Positions 7,572-15,668 of a stretch of DNA of 39,664 nucleotides are shown here, one piece after another (the stretch's first letter is position 1; every line of letters starts with the position of its first letter). The notes under the pieces are model-generated. The model ran no database searches. It was not told the origin of the DNA and saw nothing but the letters and a program-made list of their open reading frames with translations. The stretch is from positions 1-39,664 of the forward strand of contig JANOQV010000143.1 in assembly GCA_031414955.1 (NCBI GenBank). The letters run 5' to 3'. A program made the position numbers and the translations under genes. This DNA is from Pedosphaera sp. (GTDB lineage: Bacteria > Verrucomicrobiota > Verrucomicrobiia > Limisphaerales > SIBH01).

Positions 7572-10500
7572 GGCGAAATTGTTCGCCGCTTTGCGTGTAA
7601 CAAGAATTGTTCGCCGCTCGTGCATTTCTCGGTTTCCCAGCGTGAAGCACGCGCAAGGAAAACCCGCGACCGCTTTCATACGGCTCCACGGTCGCGGTGA
7701 CTTCGAGCACCGGATAGCGCACGGTCGCCAGTCCGTAGCTGCGATACGTGGGTGCAAAGAGTTCCGTCTCCACCATGCCCGTCCAGTCGGCCAACGTGAG
7801 GAACTTCATGGCCTCTCCGGTGATTTGATGGTGGACGCGCTGCTCGATGATGAGTCCGCAGGTGACGACCTGCTGGCCGATGTGCTCGCCGAGCCGGTTC
7901 ACCGGGCAGTAGGTGTTCCACGCGATGTGGTCGTGGAGTTCAAGCGGATGACCGCTGGCCGTGAAGTCGAGCAGTTCGGTTTCCCACTCAAGACGCTGGC
8001 GGCGCGTCGGCTCCTGCAACGGAACCGCAGGCAGCCGGTCGGTCGCGGGCGGCGGCAGAAGCCAGCCCTGACCCGGCGCGGACATGTCACCGAACGCTTG
8101 GTGCAGATGGCGCGACTCCCAGAACTGCGCGGTGCGCGTCTTACTAAAGCAATCGAACGCGCCGACCCGAATCATCGCCTCCATCTCGTCCGGCGTCGGC
8201 GTGACGCGCCGGTAAAAGTCGGACATGGACGTGAACGCGCCACGGCCATGCTCACCCACGATGCGCGTGGTCGTGCGCTCGGTGAGTCCCTTCACGCGGG
8301 TCAGCGGCACGCGGATGAATTGGCCTTCGACGGAGAACTGCGGGCCGGGACTGGTCACGCACGGCGGCAGCATGGTGATGCCGAGCCGGTGACATTCGAG
8401 CACGTAGACAAGGGCGTTGTAGAAGCCCTTGCCGTTGGTCAGCACCGCCGCCATGAACTCGACCGGGTAGTAACGCTTGAGCCACGCGCTCTGGAACGCT
8501 TCGACGCCATACGCCGTGCTGTGCGCCTTGCAGAAGGCGTAACCCGAAAAGCCCCGCACCAGATTCCAGACCTCGACGGTCTTCTCATCGTCGTGGCCGC
8601 GTGACTTGGCGCAGGAAAAAAACTCGCGTCGGATTTCCTCGATGAGCGGCTCCTTGTATTTCGCCAGAGCGCGGCGCAGCACGTCGGCACGACCCGGAGG
8701 AAGTCCGGCAAACGCTTCGCACATTTGCAGGATGTGCTCTTCGTAGACAACCAGCCCGAACGTGCTCTTGAGACACGCCTCCAACGACGGGTGCGGATAC
8801 GTGATGGGTTCGAGTCCTTGATAGCGACGGGCGAACGACTGCTTCTTGCCCTCGTTCGCTGCGCCGGGCCGGATGACGCTGACGATGGCCACGAGGCCGT
8901 CGATGTCGCGCACGTTGCACTGACGGCAGAGTCCAATCATCGCCGGTGACTCGATGTGATGCACCGCACGCGAGCCGCCGCTGGCCAGCATCTCACAGAC
9001 GTTCTTGTCATGCCACGGTTCCAGTCCCGCGAGGTCAACCTCGATGCCACGCCCGGCGAGTGACTGCTTGGCATCGCGCATCGCCGCCAGACCGCCCTGC
9101 GCCAGCACGTCGATTTTCACCAGCCCGATGGCCTCGACGGAATCCATGTCGAAGTGCGTGGTCGGGTAGCCCTTGTTCGATGTGAACGTCGGCGTCAGTT
9201 CCAGCATCGGCTGACAGGAGAGCACGACGCCGCACGGGTGCATCTTGGGATAACGCGGCATCCCGTCGAGAAACTCGGCCATGAGCAGCGCCGTGCGATA
9301 CGGCTCTTCGTCGAACGGCAAGTCACGGTTCTCTGGGCTGGCCTTGAGCATCTCCATCAGGCCCGTGCCGCCGCTCGGCGTCGGCTCGTTGGGCACCCAC
9401 CCGCCGCCGAAGCTCCACGGGAAATGGTCGGTGAACTTTCGCACTTCACGTTCCGCGACGCCGAGCACCTTGGCTACTTCGGCGAACGCCGACCGCGCTT
9501 GGAAAGTGGAGAAGCCGCCGACCACCGCTGCAAATTTACGGCCGTAAATTTCAAAGATGATGTCCACCACGTCGTCCTTCCTGTCGTGGGCAAAGTCGAT
9601 GTCGATGTCCGGGAGCTTCTTCATCGCCATGCGCTCCTTGTTGAGAAAGCGCCGAAAGTAGAGGTCGAACCGGATGGGGCACACGTCGGAGATGCCGAGG
9701 CAGTAACACACGAGCGAGTCCGCCGCGCTGCCGCGAGTAATCCATTCGATGCCGCGCCGCCGACACTCTTGCAGGATGTTCCAGACCACGAGGAAATAGT
9801 CCTCGTAGCCGACCTCGGCGATGATGCCCAGTTCCTCGTCCACCTGCGCGTGCATCACGTCGGCGCGGTCGCGGTAACGGCGGTGCAGTCCTTCGAGCAC
9901 GAGCTTCCGCAGGAAGGCGCGAGACGTGGAACCATCCTCCGGCTTGAACGCCGGGAACTGCGGCGCACCGAGCGGCAACTCGAACGTGCAACGCTCGGCC
10001 AACTCGAACGTGTTCGTCAGCACGTCCGGGAATTCGTGGAACAGCGCCGTCATCTCCGCCGGTGTCCGCAGATGAAAGTCACCGTCGAGAACTTTTGCCG
10101 GATGTGCCTGCCGCAGCAGCGTGCGCGTGCGGATGGACTGGACAATGTTCCACTTCCACCGGTCGGCACTCTCGCCGTAGTGAACAGGTAGAGCGGCAAC
10201 GCAGCGTGAACTGCTAGCCAACTTCGCTTCGTCTACGTCCGTCACTGCGCGATAAAAACGGTCGCCGAAAACCGTAGACAGCCTCGTGTCCGCGCTGACC
10301 GCGAGCAGCCCATCATTCCGGTCATGCAATTCCTGTAGACGAACACGAACATGGCGCGGCTCCGTTGAGTCCTCGTCGGACTCGGCGTGCGGTGTGGTCG
10401 TGGAAAGCAGACGGCAGAGGTTGTGATAGCCGGTCGTGTTCTGAACGTAGAAGCGTGCGGCCTGACCATCGACCAGCACAGTCGCACCGAGGATGGGTTT

Positions 10501-11928
10501 GATTCCTGCCTTCTTCGCAGCCTGCGTGAACTCCACCGCGCCGTGCAAGTTCCCGGTGTCCGCGAGTGCGATGGCGGACAGTCCGCGCTTCTTCGCCAGC
10601 GCGACGATGGCATCCACCGTGAGCGTCGAGTTCAGAAACGAGTAGGCGCTGTGAACGCTCAGGGGCACGTAGCCGGTCGCTGTGACCCGACGCATGGGCA
10701 CGCGCACGACGGCACGCGGCTTCATCACGCTCTGCTGTTCCAAAAACTTCGCGGTGTCCATTGGAGCATCGCGCAACCGGAAGTCATGCCCACGCAGGAT
10801 TACCTCGCGCCCGCGAGCACGACGTAAATCGTCTACAACTTCGGCCAAGCGTCGTCGGGCATCGTGTTGCTTGGCTGACCGTTCGAGCGCGAGTTCAGCG
10901 CGGAAAATGCCGTCGTAGACATTCGAGAGCTTGAGCGAGACGAGGCGCAGGCTGACGCGCCGCTTCCACGCCTGCCGGAAGAGAACGTGTAGACGCCCAT
11001 ACACATCCGTTTCGAGGTCGGTCGGTTCGAGCAGGCTCTCGCCGCACTGGTCTTCACCCATGTCGTTGTAACGCACCTTCACGGTCAGCGTGCGGATGCT
11101 CTTGCCGTCCGCCCGCACCTTGGCCATCAGGTCGTCGGCCATGCGCCGGAGCACGGCCTCGGCAAACTCTTCATCCGTGATGTCCGCGTCGAACGTCTGC
11201 TGCTGGCCGTAGGACTTGGCCGGTGCGCTCATCGGCATCACCGGGCGCTCGTCGATTCCGTCCGCGTGCGCCTTGAGCGCCGGAGCCATGTTGCCCACGA
11301 GCATGTGCAGCATGTCCGTGGGCGTCGCCGAGATGTGACGGATGTAGGCCAGCCCGGCGGCGTTGAGGCGCTGCGCGGTCGCGGGGCCGACGCCGGGCAG
11401 CCACTTGTTCGGCAGGGGATGGAGAAAATGAATTTCGTTTCCGGCGGGCACTTCGCTGAACGCACATGGCTTCGTCAGCTTGGAGGCAATCTGGCTGACG
11501 AGCTTGTTGCTGCCGACGCCTTCGCTGACCGAAATCTTGAGCGACTGCCGGATGGCCGTGCGGATGGTTTCCGCCACGGTCATCGGCGGCTTCCGCACTG
11601 CGCTCAGGTCGAAGTAGCCCTCGTCGATGCTGGCAATCTCCACGTCGGGCGTGAAGTCCTGCGCGTAGCTGAACATCCAGCGGGAGAAGTGTTCGTATTT
11701 GTCGAAGTCACCGGGCAGCACGATGAGCTTGGGGCACAACTTCCTCGCCCGGACTGTGGGCATGGGCGTGTAGACGCCGAACTTTCGCGCCTCGTAAGAA
11801 GCCGAGGCGATGATGCCCCGCTTTTCACCACCGACCGCGATGGGCTTGCCACGCAAGCGTGAGTCGGCAGCTTGTTCCACCGAGGCGAAAAACGCATCGG
11901 CATCGAGATGGACAATGACGCGGGGCAC
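7555..11928 (-). CDS. dinB-dnaE2: DinB (Y-family Pol IV)-DnaE2-type (C-family Pol III alpha) fusion polymerase, 1457 aa
   Basis: N-terminal HLDADAFFASVE, ASYEARKFGV and SIDE motifs. Then PHP (VHSAYSF), RGSAADS, PDIDIDF, KIDVL, FCKAHS and an OB fold (FLTLADWTG). One uninterrupted frame. Confidence 0.92.
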   Translation of the reverse strand: MPRVIVHLDADAFFASVEQAADSRLRGKPIAVGGEKRGIIASASYEARKFGVYTPMPTVRARKLCPKLIVLPGDFDKYEHFSRWMFSYAQDFTPDVEIASIDEGYFDLSAVRKPPMTVAETIRTAIRQSLKISVSEGVGSNKLVSQIASKLTKPCAFSEVPAGNEIHFLHPLPNKWLPGVGPATAQRLNAAGLAYIRHISATPTDMLHMLVGNMAPALKAHADGIDERPVMPMSAPAKSYGQQQTFDADITDEEFAEAVLRRMADDLMAKVRADGKSIRTLTVKVRYNDMGEDQCGESLLEPTDLETDVYGRLHVLFRQAWKRRVSLRLVSLKLSNVYDGIFRAELALERSAKQHDARRRLAEVVDDLRRARGREVILRGHDFRLRDAPMDTAKFLEQQSVMKPRAVVRVPMRRVTATGYVPLSVHSAYSFLNSTLTVDAIVALAKKRGLSAIALADTGNLHGAVEFTQAAKKAGIKPILGATVLVDGQAARFYVQNTTGYHNLCRLLSTTTPHAESDEDSTEPRHVRVRLQELHDRNDGLLAVSADTRLSTVFGDRFYRAVTDVDEAKLASSSRCVAALPVHYGESADRWKWNIVQSIRTRTLLRQAHPAKVLDGDFHLRTPAEMTALFHEFPDVLTNTFELAERCTFELPLGAPQFPAFKPEDGSTSRAFLRKLVLEGLHRRYRDRADVMHAQVDEELGIIAEVGYEDYFLVVWNILQECRRRGIEWITRGSAADSLVCYCLGISDVCPIRFDLYFRRFLNKERMAMKKLPDIDIDFAHDRKDDVVDIIFEIYGRKFAAVVGGFSTFQARSAFAEVAKVLGVAEREVRKFTDHFPWSFGGGWVPNEPTPSGGTGLMEMLKASPENRDLPFDEEPYRTALLMAEFLDGMPRYPKMHPCGVVLSCQPMLELTPTFTSNKGYPTTHFDMDSVEAIGLVKIDVLAQGGLAAMRDAKQSLAGRGIEVDLAGLEPWHDKNVCEMLASGGSRAVHHIESPAMIGLCRQCNVRDIDGLVAIVSVIRPGAANEGKKQSFARRYQGLEPITYPHPSLEACLKSTFGLVVYEEHILQMCEAFAGLPPGRADVLRRALAKYKEPLIEEIRREFFSCAKSRGHDDEKTVEVWNLVRGFSGYAFCKAHSTAYGVEAFQSAWLKRYYPVEFMAAVLTNGKGFYNALVYVLECHRLGITMLPPCVTSPGPQFSVEGQFIRVPLTRVKGLTERTTTRIVGEHGRGAFTSMSDFYRRVTPTPDEMEAMIRVGAFDCFSKTRTAQFWESRHLHQAFGDMSAPGQGWLLPPPATDRLPAVPLQEPTRRQRLEWETELLDFTASGHPLELHDHIAWNTYCPVNRLGEHIGQQVVTCGLIIEQRVHHQITGEAMKFLTLADWTGMVETELFAPTYRSYGLATVRYPVLEVTATVEPYESGRGFSLRVLHAGKPRNARAANNSCYTQSGEQFRPTDTA
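7577..7618. repeat. 14-bp direct repeat AATTGTTCGCCGCT x2
   Basis: Copies at 7577-7590 and 7605-7618. Confidence 0.8.
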
Positions 11929-11934
11929 TCAGAA

Positions 11935-12555
11935 TCATTTCCGTTTTCTAATCAGCGCGACCATGACGCCCTGTATGACCAACTCGTGCGCGGGGATGAG
12001 GTCGGGGAACTTTGGATTCTCAGCGCGGAGGAACGGTTTGCTGCGGTTGAGCAGGAAGGTCTTGAGCGTGCTCTCGTTGTCGATGAGCGCGGCAACCACG
12101 TCACCGCTGCGCGGCGTCATGCCGTGTTCGAGCACCACGAGGTCGCCGTCCATGATGCACTTGCCAATCATCGAGTCGCCCCGGACTTCGAGCGCGAACG
12201 TGCGCGGCGTGGGCTTGATGCCCAGCGTCTCGATGTCAATGCTCACGCAGCCCTTGGCCTCCTGCTTCCGGTCATCAGCGAACCCGGCAGGGATGGAGCC
12301 GAAGACAGGAATGTCCACGACCCGTTTGCGGAGGGCGTGCAGGGGGGAGACGACGCGCAGGGAACGGGCTTGGCCCGGCTCACTGGTCAAAGCGCCCTTC
12401 TGCCGGATGAGCCGCAAGTGGTCGGTCACGGTGGTCAGGCTGCGGAAGCCGAACTGGTCAGCAATCTCACGCAACGATGGAACGCCGCCCGTATTGCGCC
12501 CGTGCCGGTCGATAAAATCGACGATTTGCCGCTGTCTTTTGGTCAGTTCTGCCAT
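11935..12555 (-). CDS. lexA: LexA repressor
   Basis: wHTH LTKRQRQIVDFI...PSLREIA, Ala-Gly cleavage site (IPAGF), catalytic Ser (GDSM) and Lys (TLKT). Confidence 0.95.
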   Translation of the reverse strand: MAELTKRQRQIVDFIDRHGRNTGGVPSLREIADQFGFRSLTTVTDHLRLIRQKGALTSEPGQARSLRVVSPLHALRKRVVDIPVFGSIPAGFADDRKQEAKGCVSIDIETLGIKPTPRTFALEVRGDSMIGKCIMDGDLVVLEHGMTPRSGDVVAALIDNESTLKTFLLNRSKPFLRAENPKFPDLIPAHELVIQGVMVALIRKRK

Positions 12556-12596
12556 ACCGTATAAAGTTACGGTATGCCCTCGCCGGGCGGTGTCAA
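12553..12596 (-). promoter_or_regulatory. lexA promoter with a perfect 9-bp inverted repeat (candidate autoregulatory operator)
   Basis: TTGACA at 12596-12591, a 16-bp spacer, then TACCGT. CATACCGTA-N6-TACGGTATG spans 12553-12576 over the -10 and the start codon. Confidence 0.7.
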
Positions 12597-12651
12597 TCTC
12601 TCTCGTGGAACAAGTCGCGGGTTGGCCCAAAAACGACAGGGTGCAGCCGCG

Positions 12652-13461
12652 TTAAGCTGCCAGTGGCATGGTGTAGCGGCACCGTGGGTAGGTCGAACAG
12701 CCCCAGAATTGAGAACCGGCGCTGCCGCCCTTCCGGGCCGTCCGCAGCAGCATTTCCGACTCGCACTTCGGGCAGACCTTCCGGTCGTCGTGAAGCGCGG
12801 CCAGAACCTCCGGGCTGTGCTCGGCATTGGCGTCGGCCAGCAGCTTGCCCAAGCCAGCCTCAGTCACAATCTCGATGCCATGCGCGCCCGCCAACCGCTG
12901 CGCGTCGCTGGTGTAACCGCGCAGGGTCACGATGATGCCCTTTGGAATCTTGGCGTGCGTGAGCGCACCGAGGAACTCGCGCACTGTTCGCTCACGAACC
13001 TTCCATGTGCGCCATTGTTTGCACTGGACGGCCAGGCGCTCGGCTCCCTTGTCCAGCACGAGGTCGATGCCGCCATCCGGGTTTGCGCCGCCGCGCCGGG
13101 TCACGGCGTAGCCCAAGTTTTTGTAGACCGCCGCGATGACCTTCTCGAACTGGAACCAGTCGATGCTTCGCAGCCGGGCCATGATGTCCTCAGCCTGTGG
13201 TGGGCGAAAAATTGTAGACGCAGGCCCAGCCTGCGCCGGACTTGTGCTGGCATCCAGACGATGGCCGAAGACATTACGGTTGGCACTGTGGCGGGCGTTT
13301 GAGCGGTAGAGCAGTAGCCCCAGACCAACACCCACGCCCACTACGAGAAGAACGAGCGCGTAAGCTCTGACGTGTGGAATGAACACGAGGGCCAAGACGA
13401 CGAGCGCCGCAAGTTGGGCGACGGGCGTGGTGATGTCTTTGGAGCGCCTGCGGTAACTCAT
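12652..13461 (-). CDS. Membrane-anchored Mrr-family restriction endonuclease with a topoisomerase-type C4 zinc finger
   Basis: Two N-terminal hydrophobic helices, WFQFEKVIA...DGGIDLVL...AVQCKQW (Mrr_cat), and CPKC...FWGCSTYPRC. Confidence 0.88.
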   Translation of the reverse strand: MSYRRRSKDITTPVAQLAALVVLALVFIPHVRAYALVLLVVGVGVGLGLLLYRSNARHSANRNVFGHRLDASTSPAQAGPASTIFRPPQAEDIMARLRSIDWFQFEKVIAAVYKNLGYAVTRRGGANPDGGIDLVLDKGAERLAVQCKQWRTWKVRERTVREFLGALTHAKIPKGIIVTLRGYTSDAQRLAGAHGIEIVTEAGLGKLLADANAEHSPEVLAALHDDRKVCPKCESEMLLRTARKGGSAGSQFWGCSTYPRCRYTMPLAA

Positions 13462-13465
13462 CTCA

Positions 13466-13481
13466 ATGTTCAGAGGAACAT
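13466..13481. promoter_or_regulatory. Verrucomicrobia-type LexA (SOS) box
   Basis: ATGTTC-AGAG-GAACAT, a perfect TGTTC-N4-GAACA, immediately upstream of the mrr-like start codon at 13461. Confidence 0.7.
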
Positions 13482-13539
13482 CGGCGAAGACGCGACGGCG
13501 GTTGAGCAGGAGGGACGACGAACCGGGGCAATTCCTGAT

Positions 13540-13866
13540 TCACGCAGAGCGCGGGCGCGTTTCCTTAACCAAGCCCATCGACTGACAACGCTTATCCCAT
13601 GCCTCATCGGTCGGCTCTTTAATCACGCCCAAGCGGGCGAAGACCTCTAACTGGAAATTTCTGGCCCCACGGCATAGGTGCGAGTCGTGCGGTTCACCGT
13701 TGGCGATGCCGTTCGAGTGACAGGTCTGGCTTCCCTCGGTGAGCACGCGCTGCATGACGCCGGTGCGAACTTCGTCCACGCCGTCCCTGTCTTCCCGGAA
13801 CGGGCACGTCGCGCACATCTCCGGCATGATGGGCATTTCGATTGGCTGCTTCTTCGTCTTCGGCAT
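13540..13866 (-). CDS. Small Cys/His metal-binding hypothetical protein (DUF6283-like pattern)
   Basis: CATCPF...TCH...LCRG pattern. Confidence 0.55.
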   Translation of the reverse strand: MPKTKKQPIEMPIMPEMCATCPFREDRDGVDEVRTGVMQRVLTEGSQTCHSNGIANGEPHDSHLCRGARNFQLEVFARLGVIKEPTDEAWDKRCQSMGLVKETRPRSA

Positions 13867-13923
13867 ACGTCCGCGAATCAATTCTCGTCTACAGTTTCAT
13901 AGAAGTTGCGGCGACGAAGCCAG

Positions 13924-14850
13924 TCAGACTTCGGCCTGCTCGACCATCGCCTCAATCGTCGCCAGTGCGTTTCCTTCCATCCTGTTGTTCACGTAGATGA
14001 GCGTCCTCCGCTTTTCCCTCCCAGCGGCAGCGCCTTCCTTGATGAGCTTCGCTCCGGCGGCACGGGCCTCCGTGTTCGGCTCCTTCACGCGGTCGTAAGG
14101 GCTGAACAGGTCAACGGCCTCCTGATACTTCCTACCGGGCCGCAGGAGGAACCTTGCACCGCACAGGTGCGGATTCGTCAGGCTGCCCATCATCGCCATC
14201 TGCTCGTCCACCGGCGGCATGTCGGCCCAAGAATTGTAGACGTGCGCGACGTTGTGCTTGGCCAGCACGGCGAAGTAGTCGGGATGCAGGAAGCTCTTGT
14301 TCCTGATTTCCACGCCATAGGGCCAGCCCGCTGGAATCTTGCCGAGGAACTGGTCGAGCGCGTCTACGAAATCACGACCACGGGCGAAGTCGCTGGGATA
14401 GAAGTGGCTGAACTCGAACATGAGCAGGCCGACGTTCTGCCGGAACTCTTCGCACGGTTTGACGAAAGCGGCAGCGAACAAGTCGGCGTTCAGGAAGTGC
14501 TCGTTCGGTTTGCCTGCACGGATGCCGTGGCGCGGCAGGTTCGTGAACTTTTTGATGGTGATTTCATCGGTGACTTTGAAGCCGAACTGAAAATCAGAGG
14601 GCACCTGCGACACCATGCCTTCGAGGTAACGCCGGTCAGGGAATCTGTAATAGGCCGCATCGACGCAAACGGTCTTGAAGACCTCGGCATACTCAGCGAG
14701 ACACTGCTTCTCGAAGCGCGTCTCAGCGACCTTGCCCCTGTATATGTAGCGCGACTCGTCGTAGAGCGACCCGCGCCAGCCCGCATACTTCCACGACGAT
14801 GTGCCGACGTAGACGCCGCGCTCGGCCAACTTGGCGGCTGCCTGCTTCAT
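13924..14850 (-). CDS. DUF72 family protein (start may be slightly upstream)
   Basis: YVGTSSWKYAGW, YAEVFKTVCVDAAYY, FGFKV and VEIRN motifs. Confidence 0.88.
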   Translation of the reverse strand: MKQAAAKLAERGVYVGTSSWKYAGWRGSLYDESRYIYRGKVAETRFEKQCLAEYAEVFKTVCVDAAYYRFPDRRYLEGMVSQVPSDFQFGFKVTDEITIKKFTNLPRHGIRAGKPNEHFLNADLFAAAFVKPCEEFRQNVGLLMFEFSHFYPSDFARGRDFVDALDQFLGKIPAGWPYGVEIRNKSFLHPDYFAVLAKHNVAHVYNSWADMPPVDEQMAMMGSLTNPHLCGARFLLRPGRKYQEAVDLFSPYDRVKEPNTEARAAGAKLIKEGAAAGREKRRTLIYVNNRMEGNALATIEAMVEQAEV

Positions 14851-14937
14851 GCGGTTCCGGTCGAATTTTGGAAGGTCGCTGATGATGAGGTCAGCGTATC
14901 GAATGGCCGGAGTTTCTGCCAGTCTGGGAAATCCGGT

Positions 14938-14982
14938 TTGACAGAATATACCTGCACAAGCATATTCTAGCCAACGAATATG
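14938..14982 (+). promoter_or_regulatory. ars promoter/operator
   Basis: TTGACA at 14938. Overlapping inverted repeats AGAATAT/ATATTCT (14943-14968) and CATATTC/GAATATG (14961-14982), the latter covering the arsR ATG. Confidence 0.65.
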
Positions 14983-15354
14983 AAGCTGCTCGAAATCTAC
15001 AAGTGCCTGTGCGATGAAACGCGGCTCCGCATCCTCCATCTGCTCGCGCAGGGGCCGCTCTGCGTCTGCCACTTTCAGACCATTCTCGACGCCCCGCAGG
15101 TCGCCATCTCCAAGCATCTGGCCTATCTGCGCGAGCGCGGGCTGGTGGTGGGCCAGCGGCATGAGCAGTGGATGATTTACCGGCTGCCGGAGTCGGCTCC
15201 GCCGGAACTCGACCTGCAACTGCGCTGCTTGCAGGACTGCGTGCAGACCTACCCGGCATTCCGCGAGGACTTGAAGCGGCTCAAGAAAATCCGCTGCGAG
15301 TGCGAGTGGCTCGAAGAAGTTGTGCCCGCCAAGGCGAAAGGAAAACGGCCATGA
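14980..15354 (+). CDS. arsR: ArsR/SmtB metalloregulator
   Basis: DETRLRIL, LCVCH and ISKHLAYLR motifs. First gene of the ars cluster. Confidence 0.92.
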   Translation: MKLLEIYKCLCDETRLRILHLLAQGPLCVCHFQTILDAPQVAISKHLAYLRERGLVVGQRHEQWMIYRLPESAPPELDLQLRCLQDCVQTYPAFREDLKRLKKIRCECEWLEEVVPAKAKGKRP

Positions 15355-15668
15355 AGACCATCCAAGTATACGACCCGCCCATGTGCTGTTCGACCGGCGT
15401 CTGCGGGCCGCAAGTTGACCCGGTGCTCGCGGCTTTCTCCGGGTTTCTGCACCAAGCGAAGCAGCGGGGCTGCGCCGTGGAACGCTTCAATCTGACCCAG
15501 CAGCCCATCGCCTTCTTGGAGAATCTCACTGTGAAGTCCTTACTCGACAGCGAAGGTGTTGAGGCGCTTCCGGTCATCATCGTGGATGGCCAAGTGGCGC
15601 TTAAAGGCTGTTACCCGGACGAGGCGCAGCGTGCAGCGTGGCTGGGAGATGTGGTCGCCACGCCATGA
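15351..15668 (+). CDS. arsD: Arsenite metallochaperone
   Basis: MKTIQVYDPPMCCSTGVCG. ATGA overlap with arsR. Confidence 0.93.
   Translation: MKTIQVYDPPMCCSTGVCGPQVDPVLAAFSGFLHQAKQRGCAVERFNLTQQPIAFLENLTVKSLLDSEGVEALPVIIVDGQVALKGCYPDEAQRAAWLGDVVATP

Noticed and set aside
7534..12655. Several long plus-strand ORFs (356, 345, 281 aa and others)
   Set aside because: Antisense to the clearly identified polymerase fusion and lexA.
14851..15219. 431-aa version of the DUF72 ORF
   Set aside because: The extension overlaps arsR and its promoter on the other strand, and DUF72 motifs begin only near 14850.
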